NCBI GenBank assembly: GCA_902560315.1 | Contig: CACELG010000004.1 | Coordinates: 8,038-72,037 of the forward strand | DNA: 64,000 nt | Source: an uncultured SAR86 cluster bacterium | GTDB lineage: Bacteria > Pseudomonadota > Gammaproteobacteria > Magnimaribacterales > D2472 | Direction of reading: 5' to 3' | Shown: piece after piece, positions 38,462-48,297 of the stretch | Position numbering within the stretch: the stretch's first letter is position 1 | Layout: each line of letters opens with the position of its first letter | Position numbers and translations under genes: made by a program | The notes under the pieces: generated by a model | The model's input: the letters and a program-made list of their open reading frames with translations, nothing else | What the model was told of the DNA's origin: nothing | Database searches by the model: none

Positions 38462-39106
38462 CTATATCTGAGAAGAAATGCTATTAAATACTTCATCAAC
38501 TTTTTTTGATCCATCAACTTTAAAAAACTTTAAACTTCCATCATTTGATAAGCTTGCATAAAAGTCGGTTAATGGTTTTGTTTGTTCGTGATATACGCTA
38601 AGTCTTTTTAAAACGGTATCTGGTTTATCATCTTCTCTTAGAATTAAAGGTTCTCCTGTTTCATCATCTATTCCTTCATTCTTTGGTGGATTAAAGTCTA
38701 TGTGATAATTTCGACCAGAAGATGGATGCACTCTCCTGCCTGACATTCTATTAACAATAGTTTCATCTTCAACAAATATTTCAATAACATGTGTGAAATT
38801 AATTCCCATATGAGCTAATTGTTCTGCTTGACCAATTGTTCTAGGTACGCCATCAAACAAAGAACCTTTTGCACAATCTGGTTTGGTAAGCCTTTCTTTA
38901 ATTAAAGATCCAATAATGTCGTCTGAAACCAAGCCTCCAGAATCAAGAATATTTGAAACTTTTACTCCAAGATCGCTGCCAGATGCAACTGCCTCTCTTA
39001 ACATATCGCCAGTACTAATTTTGGGTATGTCACACATTTCACATATTAAATCTGCCTGTGTTCCCTTCCCAGCACCTGGCGGACCTAATAAAATAATATT
39101 ATTCAT
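38462..39106 (-). CDS. adk: Adenylate kinase
   Basis: GPPGAGKGTQA, ISTGDMLR, DGVPRT, SGRR, REDDKP. Confidence 0.98.
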   Translation of the reverse strand: MNNIILLGPPGAGKGTQADLICEMCDIPKISTGDMLREAVASGSDLGVKVSNILDSGGLVSDDIIGSLIKERLTKPDCAKGSLFDGVPRTIGQAEQLAHMGINFTHVIEIFVEDETIVNRMSGRRVHPSSGRNYHIDFNPPKNEGIDDETGEPLILREDDKPDTVLKRLSVYHEQTKPLTDFYASLSNDGSLKFFKVDGSKKVDEVFNSISSQI

Positions 39107-39480
39107 TTCTCTAATACAACCATAGCGATAACATAATTGCTCTCATCTGAAAGACTAACATGTGTTTTAGTTATCCCCAAGTTGCTCATATAGGTATCAA
39201 GCTCATCAATCGCATTAAATATTGGCTTACCTTTGTTATCTCTTAAAATTTCTATATTTTTCATACTAACTTCTTTTCCAACACCGGTACCAAGCGCTTT
39301 TGAAACTGCTTCTTTTCCAGCAAATTGTTTTGAAAGAAAAAAAGTTTTTTTATCTTTACTTAATTCATTAAAAATATTCAATTCATTTTGACTAAGAATT
39401 TTTTTAGCAAACTTATCAACTGAGCTAATTTTTTTAATTCTTTCAATCTCTACGATGTCTGTTCCAATACCAAATATCAT
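39103..39480 (-). CDS. acpS: Holo-ACP synthase
   Basis: GIGTDIVEIERI, FAGKEAVSKALGTG, HVSLSDE. Confidence 0.95.
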   Translation of the reverse strand: MIFGIGTDIVEIERIKKISSVDKFAKKILSQNELNIFNELSKDKKTFFLSKQFAGKEAVSKALGTGVGKEVSMKNIEILRDNKGKPIFNAIDELDTYMSNLGITKTHVSLSDESNYVIAMVVLEK

Positions 39481-40172
39481 TGTTTAATCTTTTTAAATAT
39501 TTTCCTACTAGCTAAATCCTTCCCCTCAAGACAAATACTTATAGCTTTTGTAGTTATTTCTTTTAAATACTCCCTTGGAATTTCTTTAAGTTTTCTTTTT
39601 TTTAAATTAATAATATCTTTACCAGTAAAATTTGAATTCTTTGATTTTCTAAAGCCTCTTTCTGAAACAAATGAATAACCAGATTCAAGTTCTATTGGAT
39701 TGTTTTCATCTATATCAACATCATAATCAAATCCATATCCAAGCATATCTAGCAAGTCTAATTCAAAATGTCTTAATGTTAATTCCAGATTTTTTTTATT
39801 ATTAATATCTTCAAGAAATTTATCGTAAAGCAAAAATAATTCTTCGTGTTTTGCGTCCTTAGGAAGAAGTTTAATTAACAATTCATTTATATAAAGCAAG
39901 CTATAACTTACTTTAGACATACTGTTTGAGGAGTCTGCTAAATTTCTATCAATACTAGTTAATGTTTTTAATTCAGATCTTCCTGAAAAAGTTATATTTA
40001 GTTTATGGAATGGAACTAAGTATCCAAAAAATTTTGATTTAGGTTTCTTTGCTCCTTTTGCAATGAGAGACATCTTCCCACTATTTTTTGTAAAAACATC
40101 AGCAATCATACTTGTCTCACCGTATGACCTGTGATGAAGAAGAAAACACTGGTCAGTATTACTTTGACTCAT
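39477..40172 (-). CDS. recO: DNA repair protein RecO
   Basis: FLLHHRSYGETS, G...IAKGAKKPKS, LRHFELDLLDMLGYG; follows era. Confidence 0.93.
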   Translation of the reverse strand: MSQSNTDQCFLLHHRSYGETSMIADVFTKNSGKMSLIAKGAKKPKSKFFGYLVPFHKLNITFSGRSELKTLTSIDRNLADSSNSMSKVSYSLLYINELLIKLLPKDAKHEELFLLYDKFLEDINNKKNLELTLRHFELDLLDMLGYGFDYDVDIDENNPIELESGYSFVSERGFRKSKNSNFTGKDIINLKKRKLKEIPREYLKEITTKAISICLEGKDLASRKIFKKIKQ

Positions 40173-41067
40173 AATTACCGCCAACACCTAAGCTTTGAAT
40201 AAAGCCTGAATCGGTATTCCAATTTTTTTTAACCTTAACCCATGTTTTTAAAAAAACTTTTCTATCTAATTCTTCTTCCATTTCTTTTCTTGCTTCTTTT
40301 CCTATTTGTTTTAGAACATCCCCACCTGAGCCAATAACAATTTGCTTTTGTGATTTTCTATTAACATATATTGTGGAATGAACTTCAGTAATATCATTTT
40401 TATCATCAATCAAGTCAATTTGAACATAAGTATCGTGAGGTAATTCATCTCCAAGTTTTCTTATAATTTTTTCTCTGATTAATTCAGAAAACATGAATTT
40501 TTTATCTTTATTATTAATTTCAAAATTATCATCATAAATATGGTTGTTTTCTGGAAGATTATTTTTAATGACGGATATTAAGTCATCTAAGCCATTATTT
40601 GTTTTAGCCGATATCAATAAGATCTCCTTAAATTCAAAAGCCATAGAAATTTTATCCATAAAAGGCAATAATTTATTTTTATCTTCAACTTGATCAATTT
40701 TGTTAACAACGCATATAACCTTTTGATCTTTTTCCTTAAGTTTTTCAAGAATTAATTCATCGTCCTTATCTAAACTTAATCTTTGTAATACAAAAAGCAC
40801 AATATCAGAATCTTCAATAATACTTTGAGCAGATTTATTTAAAATTTTGTTCATCGTCTTTTGAGATTTAACATGCATTCCTGGCGTATCAATAAAAATC
40901 ATCTGATTATTGTCATTCGTTTTAATTCCAAGAATATTATTGCGTGTTGTTTGAGATTTCCTAGAAGTAATAGATACTTTCCTTCCAAGAATAGCATTTA
41001 ATATTGTTGACTTGCCTACATTTGGCTTACCAATTATAGAAATATAACCGCAATATTCTTTAAGCAT
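40159..41067 (-). CDS. era: GTPase Era
   Basis: GKPNVGKST, QTTR, DTPG, NKID, KH domain ELPH...SQKQIVIG. Confidence 0.97.
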   Translation of the reverse strand: MLKEYCGYISIIGKPNVGKSTILNAILGRKVSITSRKSQTTRNNILGIKTNDNNQMIFIDTPGMHVKSQKTMNKILNKSAQSIIEDSDIVLFVLQRLSLDKDDELILEKLKEKDQKVICVVNKIDQVEDKNKLLPFMDKISMAFEFKEILLISAKTNNGLDDLISVIKNNLPENNHIYDDNFEINNKDKKFMFSELIREKIIRKLGDELPHDTYVQIDLIDDKNDITEVHSTIYVNRKSQKQIVIGSGGDVLKQIGKEARKEMEEELDRKVFLKTWVKVKKNWNTDSGFIQSLGVGGNYESK

Positions 41068-41719
41068 TATTTGATTTAAGATGAGTTAACACTGCCTGTG
41101 CTGCAGCTCTTTCCGCTTGTCTTTTTGAATTGCCAGATGCAATAAAACTAATTTCATTTAATTCAATTTTGCAATCAAATCCATCTTTAAGCTCTGTTAT
41201 TTGATATATGGGAGGACTTAATTTTTTAGATTGCAAAAGTTCCTGTAATTCAGTTTTGGAGTCCCTAAACTCGTCATTAATAGTGATTTGAGATAATTCT
41301 GTTTTAAATAGGTCTTGAATAAATTTATCTGCAGAATCCCATCCACTATCCAAGAATACTGCACCAATAATTGATTCAATTGTGCCTTCTAAAATTGAGT
41401 GTTTTCTATTATCAGATAAGTTTGATGTTCCTTTTGAAAGACTAATAAATTTAATTACATTAAGCTCCCTTGCTTTCTTTGCTAATGTTTCGCCTTTGAC
41501 AATGGATGATCGCATTCTAGTCAAGAGTCCTTCAGTTTCATTTGGAAATTTTAAAAATAAGTACTTTGATATCGATGCATTTAGGATCGAGTCTCCTAAA
41601 AACTCCAGTCTTTCATTATTAGATGAGCTATTTGAGCTTTTATGTATTAAGGACAATTCTAATAATTTAATATTATTAAAGGTGTAGTCCAATTGCTTTT
41701 CAAGATTTTGTAATTCCAC
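41060..41719 (-). CDS. rnc: Ribonuclease III
   Basis: NERLEFLGDSIL, ESIIGAVFLD, DSKTELQE dsRBD. Confidence 0.96.
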   Translation of the reverse strand: MELQNLEKQLDYTFNNIKLLELSLIHKSSNSSSNNERLEFLGDSILNASISKYLFLKFPNETEGLLTRMRSSIVKGETLAKKARELNVIKFISLSKGTSNLSDNRKHSILEGTIESIIGAVFLDSGWDSADKFIQDLFKTELSQITINDEFRDSKTELQELLQSKKLSPPIYQITELKDGFDCKIELNEISFIASGNSKRQAERAAAQAVLTHLKSNNA

Positions 41720-42669
41720 TATTTAATTTTTCCAGCTTTTTCAAATGAAGGAAGGCAAAGATAACATTCCCAACTCATCCAAATATAATCTGCTCTTCCA
41801 AAAAAGTTTTCTCTGGGAACAAATTCTACATCCCTTCTGCTGTCATTCGAATTGTCTCTATTGTCACCCATCACAAAGTAGTGACCTTGTGGAACAGTCC
41901 ACTCTTGTGGATTTTGTTCATTAAGTCCTCTAGTATTTCTTATTATATATTCTGCATTACCTATCTTTTCAGAATATAAATCCCCTATTGCATCAATTTT
42001 ATTTATTTTAATTTCGCCAGTGGACTGATATATAACTCTTCTGTCAAAAGAATACTCTTCAGAATCGATAAAGTCTCTTTCTAAAGCAATTCCATTAAGA
42101 TAAAGTCGTTTATTAATTATTCTAATAGTATCTCCAGGCTTCCCAATTAGTCGCTTGATATAAGGCACAGGATTATGCGGAGGCAATATAACCACAGGAT
42201 CACCATATTGAGGATCTTTTCTGAAATAATTTGGAGTGCCAATCCTATTTACTTTAAGACCATATGCGTATTTGTTTACTAATAAGAAATCGCCTTTTTT
42301 TAACTGGGGTTCCATTGATCCAGAAGGAATCTGGTATGGTTCATATAAGAAAGTTCTTAAGATAAAAATTATTATTATAGGAATAAAATAGCCTCTAGCA
42401 GTTGATGAAATCTCACTATTCTTAAGAATAAAGCCGAGAACCATAACTATAAATGCAATAACTGAACCAACCAATAAAACAATTCCTAAATCTCCAGAAT
42501 TAACAAATATGCTATAGAGTAATGCCGCTCCAGAAATAAAACTCAACGTAGAAATATATCTAACTACAAAAGGCTCAGTTGCCTCATTGCTAATTGTAAA
42601 TCTTATCCAGCTAACTAAGCATATCGTCATCCCGAGTATTCCAACAATAAATAATGGATCAGATAACAT
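41719..42669 (-). CDS. lepB: Signal peptidase I with an extended multi-TM N-terminus
   Basis: EPYQIPSGSMEPQL (Ser), YIKRLIGKPGD (Lys), GDNRDNSNDSR. Confidence 0.93.
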   Translation of the reverse strand: MLSDPLFIVGILGMTICLVSWIRFTISNEATEPFVVRYISTLSFISGAALLYSIFVNSGDLGIVLLVGSVIAFIVMVLGFILKNSEISSTARGYFIPIIIIFILRTFLYEPYQIPSGSMEPQLKKGDFLLVNKYAYGLKVNRIGTPNYFRKDPQYGDPVVILPPHNPVPYIKRLIGKPGDTIRIINKRLYLNGIALERDFIDSEEYSFDRRVIYQSTGEIKINKIDAIGDLYSEKIGNAEYIIRNTRGLNEQNPQEWTVPQGHYFVMGDNRDNSNDSRRDVEFVPRENFFGRADYIWMSWECYLCLPSFEKAGKIK

Positions 42670-42670
42670 A

Positions 42671-44458
42671 TTATTTTTCCGAGTTAAAATAATTTAAAAA
42701 CGCATCTTGTGGGATAGACACCTTCCCTAGTTGCTTCATTTTTTTCTTACCTTGTTTTTGTTTTTCAAGTAATTTCATTTTCCTTGTTACATCTCCTCCA
42801 TAAAGTTTTGCAGTAACATTCTTTCTATAAGCTTTAACAGTTTCTCTAGATATAATTTTAGCACCTAAGGCTACCTGAATTGGAACATCAAACATCTGTC
42901 TAGGTATTAATTTTTGAAGATTCTTTGCTATTTCCCTTGCTTTGGATGTTGAGAATGATTTATGAACTATCATTGATAAGGCATCAATTTTATTATTATT
43001 AATTAATACATCTATTTTAGTTAAATCAGATTTTTGAAACCCAATCAAAGAATACTCTATAGATGCGAATCCTTTAGTAGATGACTTAATCTGGTCAAAA
43101 AAATCAATTATTACAGAAGATAATGGCATCTCAAAAACAATAGATACCTGATTACCAAAATATTTCATGTCTTTTTGAATTCCTCTTTTTGAAGTACAAA
43201 GTGTAATAATATTTCCCACATATTCATTTGGAGAAATAATTGTAGTATTAACTATCGGTTCTCTAATTTCATCAATCTCATTTGGGGTTGGTAATTGTGA
43301 TGGATTATCACATTTAAGAATTTCGCCATCTGTTTTTAATACCTCATATTCAACTGAAGGAGCCGTAGAAATTAAATCAAGATCATATTCTCTTTCAAGC
43401 CTCTCTCTGACAACCTCCATATGAAGTGTACCTAAAAAGCCACACCTAAAGCCAAAACCCAGAGCATCTGATACTTCTGGTTCATAAACCAGTGAACTAT
43501 CATTTAATACTAGTTTTGAAAGAGCATCTCGAAATTTTTCATAATCATCAGAATTTAAAGTAAATATTGAAGCAAAAACTTTAGGGTTAACTCTCTTAAA
43601 GCCAGGTAATGCCTCTGTGCCTTCATCATTTGCATCTATAAGAGTATCTCCGACCGGTGCGCCTTTAATATCTTTAATGCCTGCAACTAGATATCCTACC
43701 TCACCGGCAAATAACTCACCTTTAGAAACCTTTTTGGGAGAAAAAATTCCAATATCATCAACAATGTGAGATTGATTATTTGAATGGATTTTAAACTTTT
43801 GTCCTTTTTTTATTTTTCCATTTTTAATTCTTATTAATGAAACAACACCAAGATAAGAGTCAAACCATGAATCGACTATTAAAGCTTGTAATTTAGAATT
43901 AGACTCGCCTTCTGGACATGGTATATCAGAAATTAATTTATCTAATAATATATCCACTCCTTCGCCTGTTTTGGCGCTTACTAATGGTGCCTCATTTGCA
44001 TTAATTCCGACCATTTCTTCTATTTCATCCTTAACCCGATCAGGCTCAGCTTGAGGAAGATCAATTTTATTAATAACTGGCACAACCTCTAAGCCTTCTT
44101 CCACTGCTGTATAACAATTTGCCAAGGTTTGAGCTTCTACTCCTTGAGAACCATCAACAACTAATAACGCCCCTTCACAAGCTGACAAAGATCTGGAAAC
44201 TTCATATGAGAAATCTACATGACCAGGAGTATCTATAAAATTTAAAAGGTATTTAACACCGTCTTTTTCGTAGTTTAGTGATACTGCTTGAGCTTTAATT
44301 GTAATCCCTCTCTCTCTTTCAATGTCCATAGAATCTAATATCTGATCCTCCATCTCCCTTGATGAAAGTCCACCACAAAATTCTATCAACCTATCAGACA
44401 GGGTTGATTTCCCATGATCAATATGGGCTATCACAGAAAAATTTCTAATATTCTTCAT
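42671..44458 (-). CDS. lepA: Elongation factor 4 (LepA)
   Basis: [51 protein letters not shown]. Confidence 0.98.
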   Translation of the reverse strand: MKNIRNFSVIAHIDHGKSTLSDRLIEFCGGLSSREMEDQILDSMDIERERGITIKAQAVSLNYEKDGVKYLLNFIDTPGHVDFSYEVSRSLSACEGALLVVDGSQGVEAQTLANCYTAVEEGLEVVPVINKIDLPQAEPDRVKDEIEEMVGINANEAPLVSAKTGEGVDILLDKLISDIPCPEGESNSKLQALIVDSWFDSYLGVVSLIRIKNGKIKKGQKFKIHSNNQSHIVDDIGIFSPKKVSKGELFAGEVGYLVAGIKDIKGAPVGDTLIDANDEGTEALPGFKRVNPKVFASIFTLNSDDYEKFRDALSKLVLNDSSLVYEPEVSDALGFGFRCGFLGTLHMEVVRERLEREYDLDLISTAPSVEYEVLKTDGEILKCDNPSQLPTPNEIDEIREPIVNTTIISPNEYVGNIITLCTSKRGIQKDMKYFGNQVSIVFEMPLSSVIIDFFDQIKSSTKGFASIEYSLIGFQKSDLTKIDVLINNNKIDALSMIVHKSFSTSKAREIAKNLQKLIPRQMFDVPIQVALGAKIISRETVKAYRKNVTAKLYGGDVTRKMKLLEKQKQGKKKMKQLGKVSIPQDAFLNYFNSEK

Positions 44459-44511
44459 AATTCGCAGCTATTTTACAAGCAAACCATGAAAATAAGTAAA
44501 TATAGTTTTTA

Positions 44512-45915
44512 CTAATTAAGGGTTATTGAGGTAATTAGTCTGCTTCCATTTCTTATTAAATGAATGGCTATCTTATTTCCAGATGAAAAATTATTTAGTG
44601 CTTCATTAAATGAATCAACACCATTAACATCGAACTTTTTGCCCTTATACTGAATCATTGTAATTATGTCGCCTCTATCTACCTTTCCTGAAGCAGCTGA
44701 GTTTGGATTTACCCTTGAAACAATTACACCATCTGGCATATTTGCCATAGATGGATTATCACGATCAATATCTACGACTTTTAATCCAATTGGATCCGAT
44801 GAAGACTGAGTCTTGGCAGGAATAAACGTTTCATTGTTTATAGGAAGTTCGCCAAGAACAAAATCAAGAGAGATTTGTTTTCCATCTCTGATAACTTTTG
44901 CAGATGCTCTTGAATCAGGTTTAATCTGACCAACAACATGAGGAAGATCGGAACTAAATTTAATTTCTTTGTTGTCAAATTCAATAATGACATCACCAGG
45001 AACTAATCCAGCCATATCAGCAGATTCACCTTCTTCAACGTCATTAATTAATGCTCCGTAGGGTTTCATCATACCAAGCGCGTCGGCTAAATCACTATCT
45101 ACTTCACTCATTCGAACACCAAGATAGCCTCTTGAAACTTCACCACTATTGATAATTTGATCAGCTACGTCTATAGCAACATTTATAGGTATAGCGAATG
45201 CCAAGCCCTGATATCCCCCACTTCTTGAATAAATTTGTGAATTTATACCAACAACTTTCCCTTCTAAATTAAATAAAGGTCCTCCAGAGTTACCAGGATT
45301 AATAGCTACATCAGTTTGAAGAAAAGGAACATAATTTCCAATATTATTATTTTGGATGCTTCTTCCCTTAGCACTAACTATTCCAGCAGTTACTGAGAAG
45401 TCAAAACTAAATGGCGATCCAATTGCAATTACCCAGTCACCTACCTTTAATTCATCACTATTACCAACATCAACGGTTGGTAAATTCTTTCCTTTTACTT
45501 CTAAAACAGCAAGATCAGACAACTGATCAACTCCAATTATCTCAGCAATATATTCTCTTCTATCTGATAAAGATACGACAACTTCTGTAGCGTCTTCAAC
45601 AACATGAAAATTAGTCATAATATAGTTATCTTTTAGAATAAAACCAGATCCATATGAGACTGCTTCTCTTTTTTGTTGAGGTGCATCCCTAAATTCTCTC
45701 GGTATACCAAATCTTTCTAACATTTCATCTGGTATTCCGCCATATCCGTATGAGGATCTTTGTGATACCTCTTTCTTTGCAGTTATATTTACAACTGCAG
45801 GTGCAGAACTATCAACTAGTTCTGATATGTTTTCTGGTAAATTTCCAAAGACATAATTAGATGATGTAATTGCAAAAAACAGAATTATTAAGCCTTTATT
45901 TAAAATTTTATACAT
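44512..45915 (-). CDS. degP: DegP/MucD-type serine protease with two PDZ domains
   Basis: GSGFI, TNFHVV, DLAVL, QTDVAINPGNSGGPL. Confidence 0.92.
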   Translation of the reverse strand: MYKILNKGLIILFFAITSSNYVFGNLPENISELVDSSAPAVVNITAKKEVSQRSSYGYGGIPDEMLERFGIPREFRDAPQQKREAVSYGSGFILKDNYIMTNFHVVEDATEVVVSLSDRREYIAEIIGVDQLSDLAVLEVKGKNLPTVDVGNSDELKVGDWVIAIGSPFSFDFSVTAGIVSAKGRSIQNNNIGNYVPFLQTDVAINPGNSGGPLFNLEGKVVGINSQIYSRSGGYQGLAFAIPINVAIDVADQIINSGEVSRGYLGVRMSEVDSDLADALGMMKPYGALINDVEEGESADMAGLVPGDVIIEFDNKEIKFSSDLPHVVGQIKPDSRASAKVIRDGKQISLDFVLGELPINNETFIPAKTQSSSDPIGLKVVDIDRDNPSMANMPDGVIVSRVNPNSAASGKVDRGDIITMIQYKGKKFDVNGVDSFNEALNNFSSGNKIAIHLIRNGSRLITSITLN

Positions 45916-45921
45916 TTTTAA

Positions 45922-46605
45922 TTACTTATTTGCTGATTCAGCTATGCTCAAAGCTGATGAAAGTGAAATATTACCATAGAGCGTTAAAACTCTTCCATCA
46001 TTTAACGGAACTAAATAAATCATTTTATTTCCGTGTTTCCAATATCTTATTTGTTTAATACCAAAATTCTTATTTTCTATACGTAATTGGAAGCTCTCAT
46101 TTCCTTTTGAATGAATATAGCCATTATCTGAGTTACTTTTATAACCAACATTTTGGAGGTCTAGTGGATTCTTTGATGACATGTAATTTGGGTCATTAAT
46201 AATATTCATTATGTGATCTGCAAGATATTCATTCGATTTTTCAGCGGTGTTCTTGGCTTCTTTGCTATTTATTGCAGACGAAATCTGCTTTGATGAACTG
46301 ATATTTATATCCATTCTAGAAAAATCGACGTTATTTATAAATGTTAAAGTTAACAATACAGATGCTGCAGCGGTTAATGCATTTGTGAACCATATGTTTG
46401 AAAAAGCATTCTTAATATTCTTCTTAGTATCTAGCGCAATAACATTACTTGATTGCTGACCTACAGCAGCTCCTATAAGGCTATACATTGAAATTTGTTT
46501 CTGTAAGCTCTTATCTTTATTAATAATATCAATTAACTCATCAACCTCAGCAGCATTTAACTCACCATCATATAGAGCTGAAAGTTTTTCATTTATTTCA
46601 TTCAT
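45922..46605 (-). CDS. rseA: Anti-sigma-E factor RseA/MucA with a C-terminal RseB-like domain
   Basis: EKLSALYDGEL...YSLIG N-terminus, a TM segment (ALTAAASVLLTLTFI), EYLADH, then a C-terminal TLYG...A.SIAES pattern. Confidence 0.8.
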   Translation of the reverse strand: MNEINEKLSALYDGELNAAEVDELIDIINKDKSLQKQISMYSLIGAAVGQQSSNVIALDTKKNIKNAFSNIWFTNALTAAASVLLTLTFINNVDFSRMDINISSSKQISSAINSKEAKNTAEKSNEYLADHIMNIINDPNYMSSKNPLDLQNVGYKSNSDNGYIHSKGNESFQLRIENKNFGIKQIRYWKHGNKMIYLVPLNDGRVLTLYGNISLSSALSIAESANK

Positions 46606-47173
46606 TTGTAATAAGCTCCTTTTGCATAAAATCTATAATAGACTCTCTTGCTCTAAATATTCTTGAACGAACAGTTCCAATTGGAGTGTCTGTTATAACA
46701 CTTATATCTTCATAACTTCTTCCTTCGACCTCTCTTAAAGTAAATGCTGTTTTAAGAGATTCTGGCAATGTATTAATAAAATTTTTTATTTCATTTAAAG
46801 ATTGTTTATGAATTACAGCAGATTCTATATCCTCAAATGAGCTAATATCAATTTCAGCTTGCTCAATAGAAGTATTTATTTTTTGTTTTTTATATCCAGA
46901 ACTAGCTACAAAATTTTTGGCTAAATTTATTGCGATCCTGTAAACCCATGTAAAGAATGCGCTATCGCCTCTAAATGAATCTAGTTGTTGCCATACTTTT
47001 ATAAAGGTTTGTTGAGATAAATCTTCAGAATCTTCTTTTGATTTTGTAAAAGAAAATAATGTTGCATATACTCTCGGATAGTATTTATTCACTAGTATGC
47101 TAAATGCTCCTTTGTTACCATTTTTTGCTTTTTCTATTAAAACGGAATCAATATCATCTGAATTTTTTTTCAT
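46598..47173 (-). CDS. rpoE: ECF sigma factor RpoE/AlgU
   Basis: AFSILVNKY, FRGDSAFFTWVYRIAIN, AFTLREVEG.SYEDI, PIGTVRSRIFRARE. Confidence 0.95.
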   Translation of the reverse strand: MKKNSDDIDSVLIEKAKNGNKGAFSILVNKYYPRVYATLFSFTKSKEDSEDLSQQTFIKVWQQLDSFRGDSAFFTWVYRIAINLAKNFVASSGYKKQKINTSIEQAEIDISSFEDIESAVIHKQSLNEIKNFINTLPESLKTAFTLREVEGRSYEDISVITDTPIGTVRSRIFRARESIIDFMQKELITNE

Positions 47174-47194
47174 GTAATTATGTTTCCTATGCCT

Positions 47195-47222
47195 TCTGAC
47201 AAGAAATATACTTAAAAGTTTC
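47195..47222 (-). promoter_or_regulatory. Autoregulatory sigma-E-type promoter of the rpoE operon
   Basis: Minus strand GAAACTT-N16-TCAGA, matching the GAACTT-N16/17-TCnRA consensus; overlaps the sdhE stop codon. Confidence 0.75.
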
Positions 47223-47469
47223 CTTGTTTTGAAAATGTTTTTAAATTTTTATTAATAAAGTCTTCGTGTTGTTTATTTCCTAGAGACTCGTTTTTAAATA
47301 TAAAATCATACAACTTTTGATCATCATAGTTTAAGATTTCATCAAATACTGATAAGTCATCACTGCTTAATTTTTTAATAGAAGTTAAAGAAAACTCTCT
47401 TAACAAAAGATCAATCTCTCTCATGCCTCTTCTGCACTTCCAGTTAATTCTGTTTATTTCATCATTCAT
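47212..47469 (-). CDS. sdhE: FAD assembly factor SdhE
   Basis: WKCRRGMREIDLLL...F..IL...DQ.LYDF. Confidence 0.92.
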   Translation of the reverse strand: MNDEINRINWKCRRGMREIDLLLREFSLTSIKKLSSDDLSVFDEILNYDDQKLYDFIFKNESLGNKQHEDFINKNLKTFSKQGNF

Positions 47470-47503
47470 TGGTTAAAATAAAGTTTTACATCATAGATTT
47501 TAC

Positions 47504-48295
47504 TTGAAAACAGATATTCATAATAATTTAATAGAATTTGGAACACATCATATAAATGATTGGTGTGCATTAAATGTTGTTGGTGATTTAATAAAAGTAG
47601 AAGAGTTTCTTCAAGGTCAACTTACTTCTGATATCAGTATAATGACTAATAATACCTCCCAGCTATCGTCTATCTGTAATGAGAAGGGCCAGGTTATAGC
47701 TGATTTTATAACATACAAACTAGACAATAAATTTAAAATAATAATTAAAAAGACCTGTGTAGAGCTCTTTAAAGAGGAATTAGCTCCATTTGCAAAGTTT
47801 TTTTTTACAACATTTGAATTATCAGACGACAAAATCATTGGCAAAGTATCAAAAAAAGATAATTCTATGCCTTGCTATAGTTCAAACGATCTTTTTCAGA
47901 CTTCAATAGAGCTAAATAGCAATGAATTAAGTCAAGGAAATTCAATAAGTTATGAAAATTGGATCGTTGCGCATAAGTTATTGGGTATTTTCTTTCTTAA
48001 TAAAGAAGATTCTGGAAAATATAGACCTTTGGAGATAAATTTTGACAATTTAAGAGTTTCTTTTGAAAAAGGTTGCTATAGAGGACAAGAAATAGTTGCA
48101 AGAATGAAATACCTAGGAATCAATAGAAGAAAATTTTGTACATTTACAACAGAGAATGATTTCAATGAATTTTCAAAGATCAAAATTTTAGGTGAAACAA
48201 TTAAACTTAAAGAAAAAAAGATATTTAATGCTATTGTGAAAAGAGACGAACTGGATGAAATTAAAAAATTATCTGGCATTATTGATATTTACTAA
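47504..48295 (+). CDS. ygfZ: Folate-binding Fe-S/tRNA-modification protein YgfZ
   Basis: FLQGQLTSD, CNEKGQV, SFEKGCYRGQEIVARMKY. Confidence 0.9.
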   Translation: MKTDIHNNLIEFGTHHINDWCALNVVGDLIKVEEFLQGQLTSDISIMTNNTSQLSSICNEKGQVIADFITYKLDNKFKIIIKKTCVELFKEELAPFAKFFFTTFELSDDKIIGKVSKKDNSMPCYSSNDLFQTSIELNSNELSQGNSISYENWIVAHKLLGIFFLNKEDSGKYRPLEINFDNLRVSFEKGCYRGQEIVARMKYLGINRRKFCTFTTENDFNEFSKIKILGETIKLKEKKIFNAIVKRDELDEIKKLSGIIDIY

Positions 48296-48297
48296 AA

